In this document: positions 9,894 through 20,208 of the stretch, piece by piece
Layout: each line of letters starts with the position of its first letter
How positions within the stretch are numbered: position 1 is the first letter of the stretch
Origin: an uncultured bacterium
GTDB lineage: Bacteria > JAGOEH01 > CAYLKS01
Length of the DNA stretch: 64,000 bases
Assembly (NCBI GenBank): GCA_964384205.1
Contig: CAYLKS010000008.1
Coordinates: forward strand, 1,852-65,851
Direction: 5' to 3'
Translations under genes and position numbers: made by a program
The notes under the pieces: model-generated
Told to the model about the DNA's origin: nothing
Seen by the model: the letters and a program-made list of their open reading frames with translations, nothing else
The model's database searches: none

Positions 9894-11666
9894 TTATCCA
9901 TAAATTAATTCTAATTTTTCGAATTCCTTATCTATCTCATCTTTAAACTTTCTCAGTTCTTCTAATTGATCTTCTGTAAACGAATTCTTCACTCTCATTA
10001 TTTTATGAAATACAGATAGATTATGAACCCTTGTAATAGGACAACCATTAGTAATTACTTTTGTCGCTTTAGTATAAAAATAATAAATTAAATCAAACAT
10101 AAGCAACTGTTTTTTCGGAGAACAAAAAGTATCAACCGGATCAAATGCGCCTTGCTGTAAAAAGGCTGTTTTTATCATATAAGCAATTTCTAATATCAAC
10201 CTTTGATCATCCGGCAGAGCATCAGCCCCAACTAATTTAACAATCTGTTGTAGTTTTTCTTCCTTTTGCAGTATATCAAGTCCCCACGCTCGCATTTTAT
10301 CCCACTCTATATTTTCTACTATACTATTCCAATAATCTACAATATAATCTGTGTACTGACTATAACTTTCAAGCCATGAAATAGCTGGAAAATGCCTTGA
10401 ACTTGCTAATTCTCTATTAAGAGCCCAAAAACATCTTGTAAATCTTTTTGTATGCATGGTTACAGGCTCAGAAAAATCACCACCCGGAGGAGATACAGCA
10501 CCTATAACTGATACTGAACCTTCTCTTTCATCAGCTGATACAATTGCCCGACCAGCACGTTCATAAAACTCTGCAAGCTTGGATGGTAAATACGCTGGAT
10601 ACCCTTCATCAGCCGGCATCTCCTCTAATCTACCTGATAATTCTCTTAATGCCTCAGCCCATCGTGAGGTAGAATCCGCCATTATAGCAACATTATATCC
10701 CATATCTCTGTAATACTCTGCCATAGTTATACCTGTATAAATACTGGATTCTCTAGCTGTAACCGGCATATTAGAAGTATTTGCAATTAATATTGTCCTT
10801 TCCATCAAAGGCTGACCAGATTTCGGATCTATTAAATGAGGGAACTCATCCAGAACCTGAGTCATCTCATTACCTCTTTCACCACAGCCAATATATACAA
10901 TAATATCAGCATCACTCCATTTTGCAAGCTGATGTTGAGTAACTGTTTTTCCAGTTCCAAATCCACCTGGTATAGCAGCTACTCCTCCCTTAACTATTGG
11001 AAAAAAGAAATCTATCACCCTTTGGCCTGTTATAAGGGGGAGATCTGGAGACAATCTTTTTACAATAGGCCTTGGTATTCTAATTGGCCAGAAATGTGCC
11101 ATCTTTATACTATGTTTTGTACCATATTCATCTTCAATAATTGCAATTTCCTCTTCTATTGTATATTCTCCTTTTTCTGCAATATCAATAAGAGTCCCTG
11201 TTACACCAGGTGGCGGCATAATCTTATTCTTAATTAATTTTGATTCCTGAACTTCTCCCAGAATATTATTAGTTTTTATTTTATCACCTTTTTTAGCTGT
11301 AGGTATAAATTCCCATTTCCTCTTATTATCCAATGCTAAAATATTAATACCTCGTTTAATAAAAGAATCATTGCTTATTTTTTCTATTTTATCAAGAGGC
11401 CTTTGAATTCCATCAAAAATTGAACTAATCAATCCTGGTCCCAATTGAGCTGAAATCAATTTACCAGTCGAAACTATTTTTTCACCAGGTTTTACCCCTG
11501 AAGTATCTTCATAAACCTGAACAATAAAACGTTCATTGAATATTTTAATTACCTCTCCAATAAGATTTTCATTTCCCACATAAACCTGATCCCCCATATT
11601 TATTTCTGGAATGCCAACTCCTTCGACAACAGGTCCAGTTATTTTTATAATTCTTCCTTCTTGCAT
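9894..11666 (-). CDS. atpA: V-type ATP synthase subunit A (catalytic). Probable true start at 11666; the ORF-track start at 11723 is an upstream in-frame ATG overlapping subunit E.
   Basis: MQEGRIIKITGPVVEG N-terminus preceded by RBS gggag. P-loop GGFGTGKTV and a typical non-homologous insert. Start 11666 lies 1 nt after the subunit E stop. Confidence 0.9.
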   Translation of the reverse strand: MQEGRIIKITGPVVEGVGIPEINMGDQVYVGNENLIGEVIKIFNERFIVQVYEDTSGVKPGEKIVSTGKLISAQLGPGLISSIFDGIQRPLDKIEKISNDSFIKRGINILALDNKRKWEFIPTAKKGDKIKTNNILGEVQESKLIKNKIMPPPGVTGTLIDIAEKGEYTIEEEIAIIEDEYGTKHSIKMAHFWPIRIPRPIVKRLSPDLPLITGQRVIDFFFPIVKGGVAAIPGGFGTGKTVTQHQLAKWSDADIIVYIGCGERGNEMTQVLDEFPHLIDPKSGQPLMERTILIANTSNMPVTARESSIYTGITMAEYYRDMGYNVAIMADSTSRWAEALRELSGRLEEMPADEGYPAYLPSKLAEFYERAGRAIVSADEREGSVSVIGAVSPPGGDFSEPVTMHTKRFTRCFWALNRELASSRHFPAISWLESYSQYTDYIVDYWNSIVENIEWDKMRAWGLDILQKEEKLQQIVKLVGADALPDDQRLILEIAYMIKTAFLQQGAFDPVDTFCSPKKQLLMFDLIYYFYTKATKVITNGCPITRVHNLSVFHKIMRVKNSFTEDQLEELRKFKDEIDKEFEKLELIYG

Positions 11667-11667
11667 T

Positions 11668-12273
11668 TTATTCCATCTCCCGCGGAAAAATTTGTTTGAG
11701 AATTTCATACTTATAATTATCAAACCATTGAGAAAATAAATTAGTTATAGTATAATCAAAAATGAAATGCTCTTTTATATTTCTCAAAATAAATCCATCA
11801 GATTTATTAAATTCAAATTTTACCTTTTTATCAATTTCCGCTACCTTAGATTGTAATTTTTTATTAATCGCATTATAATCTTTTTCATTAATCAATAACT
11901 CACTTCCATCTTTTTCTATTAAATTAACATTATCAAAAAGCTGTCTTTCTAAAAAAGAAAAATATTCCTGAGTTGCTAACCATTCCTTAACTTTATCAAA
12001 AATTAAATTTTTAATTTTGTCTAATTCTTCCTGTTTTAAAGTAAGAATAAAATTTCTTCTTTTCAATTCCAGTTCTGTTTTTTTACGTTCATATTCTAAT
12101 TCCAATTTTAATTTACCATCTTTTATTAATTTTTCTTTAGTTTCTTCTGCTTCTTTTTTGAAAGGGCGAAGGTTTCTTTCCTTTGCTTTTTTAGCTAAAT
12201 CTATTATCTTCTTTGCCTCTTCTTCTGCACTACTTAAAACCGTTTGTATCATTTTATTTATTTTATCTTCCAT
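11668..12273 (-). CDS. atpE: V-type ATP synthase subunit E
   Basis: 201 aa, coiled-coil charged N-terminal half (AEEEAKKIIDLAKKAKERNL). In the position expected for subunit E. Confidence 0.7.
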   Translation of the reverse strand: MEDKINKMIQTVLSSAEEEAKKIIDLAKKAKERNLRPFKKEAEETKEKLIKDGKLKLELEYERKKTELELKRRNFILTLKQEELDKIKNLIFDKVKEWLATQEYFSFLERQLFDNVNLIEKDGSELLINEKDYNAINKKLQSKVAEIDKKVKFEFNKSDGFILRNIKEHFIFDYTITNLFSQWFDNYKYEILKQIFPREME

Positions 12274-12294
12274 AATAACATTTCCCTGCTGATA

Positions 12295-12603
12295 TTAAAT
12301 TTTGATCCCAATAACTTTCTGAATAAATTCCTGTAAATTCTCTTCTTTAAATTCACTATCAGTATCAGGTATTTCAAAAAACACAGGTTTTGCTCTTTTT
12401 AAATAATCATCAAATTTTTGTCCTACTATTTCTCTAATAAATGAATTATAAATAATCATCCCTATTTCTTCTTTTTTGATAAGATTCTCTATAGTATTTA
12501 AAATATTCCCATAATCAGCATCAGCTTCAAATACCTGACCGTCTATTCCAATCAATTTAAATGTATTTACAGTGAAATAATCGCCAATAACATAAAGTTG
12601 CAT
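12295..12603 (-). CDS. atpF: V-type ATP synthase subunit F
   Basis: 102 aa, MQLYVIGDYFTVNTFKLIGIDG matches the V-type F N-terminus (MKIAVIGD..TVTGFRLAGI). Confidence 0.7.
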   Translation of the reverse strand: MQLYVIGDYFTVNTFKLIGIDGQVFEADADYGNILNTIENLIKKEEIGMIIYNSFIREIVGQKFDDYLKRAKPVFFEIPDTDSEFKEENLQEFIQKVIGIKI

Positions 12604-12617
12604 TAGTTGCCTCGAAT

Positions 12618-13022
12618 TTAGATTTTTGTAAGCAATAAGATACTAATAATCAAACCATATATTGCAATACCTTCTGCAAGACCTACAAAAATCAATGATC
12701 TACCGAATAATTCTGGCTTCTCTGTAATTGAACCAATTGCAGCTGAACCAACATTTGAAACAGCTATCCCTGCACCAATTGTCGATAATCCCGTTGCAAG
12801 AGCAATAGCAATAAAACCCAGACCTGGATTTATACTTTTGCTTTGAGAAGCAGAAGCTGTTTCTACTGCTTTTTCAGCATTTATATTATGTCCCTGCCCC
12901 TGACCATGAACGAATGTTAAGGGAATACCAATTATAAAAAGAGTAATAGCAACAAAAATTAATATCTGGTTGAATCTTTTCATTGCTTTAAGACTTCTGT
13001 TTAATGCTTCCATTTCTTTCAC
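12618..13022 (-). CDS. atpK: V-type ATP synthase subunit K (proteolipid, c subunit)
   Basis: Gly/Ala-rich TM hairpin GLGFIAIALATGLSTIGAGIAVSNVGSAAIG ... LIFVGLAEGIAIYGLIISILL with the conserved Glu. It carries an extra N-terminal TM/extension. Confidence 0.75.
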   Translation of the reverse strand: MKEMEALNRSLKAMKRFNQILIFVAITLFIIGIPLTFVHGQGQGHNINAEKAVETASASQSKSINPGLGFIAIALATGLSTIGAGIAVSNVGSAAIGSITEKPELFGRSLIFVGLAEGIAIYGLIISILLLTKI

Positions 13023-13032
13023 TCCTTTTTAA

Positions 13033-15036
13033 TTAATTTTTTTCTATAGAAATCGGATTAAATTTCCTTCCATCACCTTCAAAAAATTTAGAAAAGAATT
13101 CATAGTATTGTAACCTTAAAGACTGTATAGTAACAACCATTCCTTCCATTAAAATAATCAAGATATTACCAAAAATAATATTAATCAAATCTGTTATAAA
13201 GCCTGTATTGAGCATTTCTTTAAATACAACATTCAATTGAAATACTGCAACACCAAGAGCGGCATGACTCATAGCGAATGCCCCAATACGAACAAAAGAT
13301 ACTGTATTAGTAAAATAATTCATTGCAAGTTCAATCAATTCAAATATTTCCTGAATTATAGAGCTATTTTCTCCATCTTCTTTTTCTGCCTGAGACCTAA
13401 GAAAAAATTTGCTAAAATATTCTTTTCCAGCAAGCAAACCAAGTAAAATAAAAGCAATAGCTAAAACTAAATATAGATTAATCGAAATATTATATTTTAT
13501 TGTTAGTAACCCTGTAATAATTATCAATAAATAAAATAAAAAGCTAATTATTCCATGGGATCCAAATATCAAATTTTTGTAATCTTTATTAATAATTGTT
13601 TGAATAATATTCAAAATAATCCCAATCACAATATATATTATTCCAAGCAATATAGCACTTCCTAAAAGAACATTTATATATTCCGGTTCTATTGGATGAA
13701 ACAATAAAGGCTTAATTATTTCTTCTGATGCAAACATACTCCCAAATACAAAACCAAAAAAGATAGAACTAAGCCCACTGGCAAACATAATTTTACCTAA
13801 ATTCTTTGCTCCTTCAGATTTTATATTAAGAATAAATCCCAATAAAGCTCCTGCTAAAGCAATCACAAATCCATGCCCCACATCACCAAACATAATACCG
13901 AACATTAATAAAAACCCTATCGAAACAATAGGAGTGGGGTCTATATCATTATATTTAGGATACCCATAAGTCGTTACAAGTATTTCAAAAGGCCTGATTA
14001 AAAAATTATTAATAAATTTTGTCGGTATTTTCCCTAATTGAGGAAATTTTTTATTTATCTCTTCTGCTTCTTCTAATTCGAAAACTACCAATTCTTCAAA
14101 TTTGTTTTGGGTAATAAAATTTTGTAAAACCTTTATATATTTTTCAGGAATCCAACCATACAGATAAATTAATTTATCTACAACTAAAGTATGGTCATAA
14201 GCTTTTTGCATCATTTTTAAATATTTCAATAAAATATAAGCTTTTTTAAATTGGTCCTTATATTGTTGTTTTAACTTCTCAACTTTTTCCTTTTCCTCAA
14301 TAAGTTCTTCCCTTTTAGACCAGATCTCTATTTCTATTTGATCTAAAACTTCCTTTAAAGTGCCATTATAACTTTCCGGAAAAATAATTTCTTTAAATGA
14401 TAATTTTTCCAGTACCCGTTCTAAAATATGTTCATCTTGCTTGATCACAAACATATAAAAAAATATTTCTTTTTCAGTCGAATAATTTACCTGAATATAA
14501 TAATCAATATTCTCCAGACTTTTTTCCAATTTTTTAAAATCATTTTTACTAATCTTACCAGATTTAAAAGAAAAAAATCTCATTTTCCTCAATAAATCAA
14601 TATCAAAATCATTATTCTCAAAAACCAAAATTTCTTTAGAAAGCTGATATAAATCATTTATCTCATTTTCTAAAATTTTTATATTTTTTAAAGATTTTTC
14701 TAAATTTTCTTTTATATTAATAAGATTATCAAAAAATTTCTTTATCTCAGAATTATTATTTAAATAATTTTCTATTTGATTTGATCGAAAATTTGAGACA
14801 TATGTACCGCTTTCATTTAATAAAGCAGTAAGAGGTAACTCATATTGAAGTAATATATCATTTATCTGAGTTTTAAAATTAGAAAAATCTATAGAAGAAG
14901 CTTTATCAGTAGGCCTTATTGTATTGTAATTAATAAGCTCCAATAAGTTATTTTCACCTAAAAAAGCTATAAATTTATTAGATATACTATGATCAACAAC
15001 AAGAGATATAAATTTCATGCGAGCAGGTCTAAACAT
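13033..15036 (-). CDS. atpI: V-type ATP synthase subunit I (a subunit)
   Basis: 667 aa. The N-terminus MFRPARMKFISLVV is typical of I subunits, followed by a long coiled soluble domain and a C-terminal polytopic membrane domain. Confidence 0.85.
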   Translation of the reverse strand: MFRPARMKFISLVVDHSISNKFIAFLGENNLLELINYNTIRPTDKASSIDFSNFKTQINDILLQYELPLTALLNESGTYVSNFRSNQIENYLNNNSEIKKFFDNLINIKENLEKSLKNIKILENEINDLYQLSKEILVFENNDFDIDLLRKMRFFSFKSGKISKNDFKKLEKSLENIDYYIQVNYSTEKEIFFYMFVIKQDEHILERVLEKLSFKEIIFPESYNGTLKEVLDQIEIEIWSKREELIEEKEKVEKLKQQYKDQFKKAYILLKYLKMMQKAYDHTLVVDKLIYLYGWIPEKYIKVLQNFITQNKFEELVVFELEEAEEINKKFPQLGKIPTKFINNFLIRPFEILVTTYGYPKYNDIDPTPIVSIGFLLMFGIMFGDVGHGFVIALAGALLGFILNIKSEGAKNLGKIMFASGLSSIFFGFVFGSMFASEEIIKPLLFHPIEPEYINVLLGSAILLGIIYIVIGIILNIIQTIINKDYKNLIFGSHGIISFLFYLLIIITGLLTIKYNISINLYLVLAIAFILLGLLAGKEYFSKFFLRSQAEKEDGENSSIIQEIFELIELAMNYFTNTVSFVRIGAFAMSHAALGVAVFQLNVVFKEMLNTGFITDLINIIFGNILIILMEGMVVTIQSLRLQYYEFFSKFFEGDGRKFNPISIEKN

Positions 15037-15928
15037 CAGAATACTCCAGTAATATTGTTTTTAAATTATCTTTATTAAGTTCTAATTTATAAAAATTTAA
15101 AATAATAATTAAAATCTCATAATCTGTCAAGAGGGTAAGAAAAAAAGCATAAAAAAAGGAATATCTAAAGGGATTACCACCTATTTTCTTTAAAGTTAAT
15201 TTCTTAAAATTTATTAACAAATTAATATAGTTTTCCCAATTTTTATCTTTTTCAAAATTATTTAATAACTGAATTTTCCTTAATTTTTCATCAAATTCTA
15301 AATCAATAATTCTTGCAATATTATCTAATATAATGCTATTCCCAGAATAATTTAAAAGAGATTTAATTTCCTCTTCTTTAAGATTAAGAGAATAAGCAGT
15401 ATTTATAACTATTTTTAGATTAATAAAATCAATAAAATCATTTAATAAATTAAAACAGCCATTATCTGCATCTAATTCCATAAAAATTTGCTTTGTTTTT
15501 GAAAAATACCTATTATATAATAAACTTTCATAATAAAAAAGCTCTTTATCCGGAAATTCTTGCACTAAACTCTCAACATATTTAGACTTAATATTATTCT
15601 GAGAAATTTCCCTAAGATAATTTCTAATATTAAAAAACTCATTAAAAATATAAGAAAAATTTCTAATATTACCAAAAAAGAAATGTTTTAATTTATTAAA
15701 AACATTAAAATAATTATCTCTTAATTGATTTTCTATTTCATCAATATCTACATCATTTTTTATTCCCTCAACAAAATAAGGGCTAAATATTTCATTAATT
15801 TTTTCTATTAAATCTTTAAAATTATTAGCTAATAAAATACTATTAACTCTCTCGTTATTTAAAAATAATCCTTTATAATAGGAAAGAATCGGATAACAAC
15901 TATAAAATGAAGCTGAAATCAATTTCAA
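15029..15928 (-). CDS. atpC: V-type ATP synthase subunit C (d subunit)
   Basis: 299 aa alpha-helical protein at the operon position of subunit C. No sharp motif, so this is a positional call. Confidence 0.55.
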   Translation of the reverse strand: MKLISASFYSCYPILSYYKGLFLNNERVNSILLANNFKDLIEKINEIFSPYFVEGIKNDVDIDEIENQLRDNYFNVFNKLKHFFFGNIRNFSYIFNEFFNIRNYLREISQNNIKSKYVESLVQEFPDKELFYYESLLYNRYFSKTKQIFMELDADNGCFNLLNDFIDFINLKIVINTAYSLNLKEEEIKSLLNYSGNSIILDNIARIIDLEFDEKLRKIQLLNNFEKDKNWENYINLLINFKKLTLKKIGGNPFRYSFFYAFFLTLLTDYEILIIILNFYKLELNKDNLKTILLEYSDV

Positions 15929-16245
15929 TTCCTTTCTATAAAATTTAAAAAATCTTTAAATGCCTGATCAAGTAGGTTATTTAAGTTATTTTTAAGATAA
16001 TTTTCAATATCATTTTTCATATCATTATTACCTTTTTCAAAATCATTACTTAATTTCTCAAATTGAAGATCCAAACTTCTTTTAAATTGTTCCAATTCTT
16101 TTTCAGCTTCTTTTTTCGCATTGACCAATAACTGCTTTCCCTCTAATTCTGTTTCTTTTTTAATATCTTCAGCCTGTTGACGAGCCTTTTTTATAATTTC
16201 CTGAGCCTGCAACTCACTATTAATAATTTTACTTATACTATCCAT
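15925..16245 (-). CDS. V-type ATP synthase peripheral-stalk subunit (G/H-like)
   Basis: 106-aa highly charged coiled-coil protein (QAQEIIKKARQQAEDIKKETELEGKQLL) as the first gene of the array, matching G/H stalk subunits. Confidence 0.5.
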   Translation of the reverse strand: MDSISKIINSELQAQEIIKKARQQAEDIKKETELEGKQLLVNAKKEAEKELEQFKRSLDLQFEKLSNDFEKGNNDMKNDIENYLKNNLNNLLDQAFKDFLNFIERN

Positions 16246-16366
16246 TCTTTTTTCTTCCTTTTATTAATTTTCGCACTTCTTTTACAATCAGATAAAAAAC
16301 AATTCCTAAAAAAATGACTCGCAGAGCTATCCATAAAAAAACAATAATATCTGCAAAAGTAAGCAT
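16238..16366 (-). CDS. Small hydrophobic protein (42 aa, single TM), translationally coupled between ptsN and the V-ATPase operon
   Basis: MLTFADIIVFLWIALRVIFLGIVFYLIVKEVRKLIKGRKKNG. Its ATG overlaps the ptsN stop (TAATG) and its TAG overlaps the ATG of the G/H-like gene (ATGGATAG). Below the ORF-track size cutoff. Confidence 0.3.
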   Translation of the reverse strand: MLTFADIIVFLWIALRVIFLGIVFYLIVKEVRKLIKGRKKNG

Positions 16367-16821
16367 TACTCTTCCTGAGATTTTATAAAATTAATAACTT
16401 CTTCTGGAGAAGTTAAAGATAATACCTTAGCTCTGTTTTCTTCTTTTTTGAAAATTCTTGAAAATTTAGCAAGTAAATTCAAATATTCCTTAGCCATAGT
16501 CTTAGGAGCAATAAGAAGTAATACAATAGTCACATCTTGCTTATCTAATGATTCAAAATTCACTCCCGGTTTTAAAGTACAAAAAGCACTAATAAAATTA
16601 TCAATATTATCTACTCTAATATGAGGAACCGCAATTTGATCATTTACGCCGGAAGTACTTATTTTCTCTCTTTCCAAAAGTAAATTCAAAATCTCCTCTT
16701 TATTGGAAATATCTCCATTCTGATATAACTGATCAACAAGAAAATTAATGACTTCATATTTGTCTTTAAATTTTTTTTGAAGAAAAATATTTTCCTGTTT
16801 TAATAATTCATAGAGCTTCAA
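16366..16821 (-). CDS. ptsN: PTS EIIA(Ntr)-type protein (fructose/mannitol-family EIIA, PtsN-like)
   Basis: 151 aa with the PTS_EIIA_2 phosphorylation-site motif IAVPHIRV. 4-nt overlap with ptsI. Confidence 0.7.
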   Translation of the reverse strand: MKLYELLKQENIFLQKKFKDKYEVINFLVDQLYQNGDISNKEEILNLLLEREKISTSGVNDQIAVPHIRVDNIDNFISAFCTLKPGVNFESLDKQDVTIVLLLIAPKTMAKEYLNLLAKFSRIFKKEENRAKVLSLTSPEEVINFIKSQEE

Positions 16822-18623
16822 TTTTTGCCTCCATTATTAAATTTTTGGGAATAAAAATCACCCCAGAAACGATAATTAATTGGAAACGAATTAGCCTCCA
16901 GATAATTCAATAAATACTGTTTTATTTCGAAAGCATTATTTAAATCCATAACATCCCGCGTAATATTCAATATTTCTTTATAATTGATAAACCTAATAAT
17001 ATTTTTAATTTCTGGTATATAAATAGGACTAACTGAAAGCTCATCTATTCCCATTGCAATAAGTAATATAACAGCCAGAGGATTAGAAGCAAGATCTCCG
17101 CAAATTCCTACCCATAACCCTTTTTTATGGCCATCTACTATTGTTCTATGTATTAATTTTATAACAGCTGGGTGTAAACCATCATATAAATAGGCGATTT
17201 TTTCATTTCCTCTATCTACTGCAAGTGTATACTGAGTTAAATCATTTGTACCAATACTAAAAAAATCTACCAATTCTCCTAATTTATCTGCAATTAAAAC
17301 AGCCGAAGGAATCTCAATCATAATACCAATTTCTAAATTTTCATCAAACTCAACACCTTCTTTTCTTAAATCATCTTTTGTAGTTTCCAGAATTTCAATA
17401 GCCTGTTTAAGTTCTGAATAACCTGATATTAATGGAAACATTATTTTCACATTTCCCAGCTTACTTGCACGCAATATAGCTCTCAACTGAGTAACAAATA
17501 AATCCGGCCTATCTAATGATACTCTAATCGCTCTCCATCCTAAAAAAGGATTTGCTTCTTTAGGAAAATCTATATTGGGGGTATATTTATCTCCACCTAA
17601 ATCAAACGTTCGTATTATAACACTCTTAGGATATAATTTTTCCGCCATATAAAAATAATCATTAAATTGCTCTTCTTCAGAAGGTAGTTCAGATCTTGTC
17701 AAAAATAAATATTCTGTACGAAAAAGCCCTATGCCATCGGCGCCATATTTTAATACAGAATTTACTTCAACTGGCAATTCTACATTTGCCGATAACTCAA
17801 ATTTATATCCATCAATAGTTTGAGCAGGTAAATGTTTTAATTCTATTAATTGTTTCTCATAAATATGAAATGCTCTATATTTGCCTTTATATTCTTTTAA
17901 AGTTTTGGTATCTGGATTGACAAAAATAACACCTTCTGTACCATCAACAATTAAAAAATCTCCATCAACAATCAATCGAGAAGAACTTTTAGTTCCAACT
18001 ACCGCAGGAATTTCTAATGATCGAGCAAGAATCGCTACGTGACTTGATTTACCACCTATATCAGTAACAAAACCAAGCACATTTTTTTCTAAAAATAATG
18101 TAATGTCTGATGGCGCTAATTCTCTTGCTACTATAACAGTTTTTTTATTATGTTCAATTTTAGATAAATAATCTATACCTATCAAATTTCTTAAAATTCT
18201 ATTTTTTATATCATTCAAATCATAAGTACGCTCTTTAAGAAGAGGACTATCACTATTATTAAATTGCTCTATAATAGTCTTAAGTGTTTCATAAAATATA
18301 AACTCAGCATTTTTTTTAGTTTCTTTTATTTTTTTTATTATTGCATTACTTTGAATTATATCATCTATTAGCAACTTTTGAGCTTGAAAAATCCCTGCTT
18401 CTGATTCATTACCAGATAATTTTAATCTTTGATGTAATATTTCTAATTCTTTTTTAGCTTTATTTACAGCCTCGATAAACCTATTTACTTCATCATCAAT
18501 TTCGCTATCCGGAATATTTTTTTCCTCAATAAAATTTTCATTATTTTGCAATACTACAGCATATCCAAAAACAATTCCAGGAGATGCAGGGATGCCTTTA
18601 ACTAAAAATTGCTTCTTTGACAT
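16818..18623 (-). CDS. ptsI: Phosphoenolpyruvate-protein phosphotransferase (PTS Enzyme I)
   Basis: GIPASPGIVFGYAVV N-terminus, phosphohistidine region GGKSSHVAILARSLEIPAVVG and a C-terminal PEP-utilising TIM barrel (GICGDLASNP). Confidence 0.9.
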   Translation of the reverse strand: MSKKQFLVKGIPASPGIVFGYAVVLQNNENFIEEKNIPDSEIDDEVNRFIEAVNKAKKELEILHQRLKLSGNESEAGIFQAQKLLIDDIIQSNAIIKKIKETKKNAEFIFYETLKTIIEQFNNSDSPLLKERTYDLNDIKNRILRNLIGIDYLSKIEHNKKTVIVARELAPSDITLFLEKNVLGFVTDIGGKSSHVAILARSLEIPAVVGTKSSSRLIVDGDFLIVDGTEGVIFVNPDTKTLKEYKGKYRAFHIYEKQLIELKHLPAQTIDGYKFELSANVELPVEVNSVLKYGADGIGLFRTEYLFLTRSELPSEEEQFNDYFYMAEKLYPKSVIIRTFDLGGDKYTPNIDFPKEANPFLGWRAIRVSLDRPDLFVTQLRAILRASKLGNVKIMFPLISGYSELKQAIEILETTKDDLRKEGVEFDENLEIGIMIEIPSAVLIADKLGELVDFFSIGTNDLTQYTLAVDRGNEKIAYLYDGLHPAVIKLIHRTIVDGHKKGLWVGICGDLASNPLAVILLIAMGIDELSVSPIYIPEIKNIIRFINYKEILNITRDVMDLNNAFEIKQYLLNYLEANSFPINYRFWGDFYSQKFNNGGKN

Positions 18624-18628
18624 AATTA

Positions 18629-18895
18629 TTATTCTTCATTAAATTTATTATCAAATAATTCTTCCAATGCCTTGATTGCTTCATCCTCATCTTTTCCATC
18701 TGCAATTAATGTTATTTTAGAACCTTGCTCTGCTGCTAACATCATAACAGATAATATACTCTTTCCATTTACCTGATAATCATCCTTCTTTAAAAAAATA
18801 TCAGAATCAAATTCCATAGCTTTTTGAACAATTAAAGATGCAGGTCTGGCATGTATACCCAACTTATTTTTTATTTCAACCTCTTTCGTTTTCAA
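18629..18895 (-). CDS. ptsH: Phosphocarrier protein HPr
   Basis: 88 aa, active-site His in LGIHARPAS and regulatory Ser in GKSILSVMML. Confidence 0.85.
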   Translation of the reverse strand: MKTKEVEIKNKLGIHARPASLIVQKAMEFDSDIFLKKDDYQVNGKSILSVMMLAAEQGSKITLIADGKDEDEAIKALEELFDNKFNEE

Positions 18896-19874
18896 TGTCT
18901 ACTCCTGTTTTCTTTTGTTGTGTCTTTAAAATACGATTTTCTAGTTCCATTGCTGGATTATATCCGCTTAATCTTGAACTGTATGCCAGTGCAATTGTTT
19001 CTATAATACTGGCATTATTTTTACCTGCTCGAATAGGAATAGAATAAAAAGGAACATCAATATTTAGAATTTTTTCATAAACCATATTCATCCCTAATCT
19101 TTCAAATTTCTTTTGATTTGAGGAATACTCTAAATTGACAATAATATCAATTCTTTTTTCATTTAAAATAGATTTTAAACCAAAAAGTTCCCTTAAATTT
19201 ACTATTCCTATCCCTCTTAATTCAATAAAATCCTGAATAATTTCTGTAGAAGAACCGATCAATTTACCATCTATATTTTTTCTAATAATAATAATATCAT
19301 CAGCTACTAATCTATGATTAAGTTTAACTAATTCAAGAGCTGTTTCACTTTTACCAATACCTGGTTCCCCTGTAATCAAAATTCCTATTCCAAAAACATC
19401 AACAAATGAACCATGGAAAATAATCTTATCTGAAAATTCTTTCCACAAATAATTATTCAAATGATGAAATAATAAATCAGTATCTAATTCACTTACAAAT
19501 ATATTTATTTTGTATTCTTGAAATAGTTTTATAAAATCTTCAGGTAATTTACAATTATTACTAAAAATTATACATGGAAAATCTATTTCTTTTATAAAAT
19601 CTAAAAATTTTTTTAGACATTTTATACCATTTTCAATAATAAAATAATATTCTGTTTTTCCAAAAATCAAAATTCTATTCGATGGAAAAATTTTATAAAA
19701 ACCAGCTAATGCAAGAGAAGGACGATATGTATTAACATTATTTATATATTTATCAGTAAATAATAATGATATTTTTTTTAATTTTAGTAAAAACTTTGTT
19801 TCTTCATAAAATTCAACAACACTTTTTTTACTCTTCAAAATTTTCTCTTGCTGCCTCAAGAAATTCTTTCTCAT
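18876..19874 (-). CDS. hprK: HPr kinase/phosphorylase
   Basis: Walker A/signature GEPGIGKSETALELVKLNHRLVADD, near identical to the B. subtilis HprK core motif. Confidence 0.88.
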   Translation of the reverse strand: MRKNFLRQQEKILKSKKSVVEFYEETKFLLKLKKISLLFTDKYINNVNTYRPSLALAGFYKIFPSNRILIFGKTEYYFIIENGIKCLKKFLDFIKEIDFPCIIFSNNCKLPEDFIKLFQEYKINIFVSELDTDLLFHHLNNYLWKEFSDKIIFHGSFVDVFGIGILITGEPGIGKSETALELVKLNHRLVADDIIIIRKNIDGKLIGSSTEIIQDFIELRGIGIVNLRELFGLKSILNEKRIDIIVNLEYSSNQKKFERLGMNMVYEKILNIDVPFYSIPIRAGKNNASIIETIALAYSSRLSGYNPAMELENRILKTQQKKTGVDIENERG

Positions 19875-20196
19875 TTGTATTTTTTAAAATATTGTTATTA
19901 TCTTTAACTTTATGATTTTTTATTTTATCACGTAATTTTTTAATATTTCTCTCTAATTTATCAATAGTTTTGTCAATAGACTGATACATGTCATTTGTTT
20001 CTTCTGATGCAATAATTTTTTGTCCCATAGTACGAAGTTCAATTTCACACTTATTTCTATATTTTTCAACAGACAATATAACATCCACATTAATTACATC
20101 ATCAAAATATTTTTTCAGTTTACTTAATTCTGAGTTTATATGTTCTTTGATACCATCTGTTAAATCAAAATGACGAGCAGTAATTTTTAATTGCAT
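19828..20196 (-). CDS. hpf: Ribosome hibernation promoting factor / sigma-54 modulation protein
   Basis: MQLKITARHFDLTDGIKEHI...VDVILSVEK parallels E. coli HPF/YhbH. Located immediately downstream of rpoN, as is classical. Confidence 0.8.
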   Translation of the reverse strand: MQLKITARHFDLTDGIKEHINSELSKLKKYFDDVINVDVILSVEKYRNKCEIELRTMGQKIIASEETNDMYQSIDKTIDKLERNIKKLRDKIKNHKVKDNNNILKNTNEKEFLEAARENFEE

Positions 20197-20208
20197 AATT
20201 CCTCCTTA

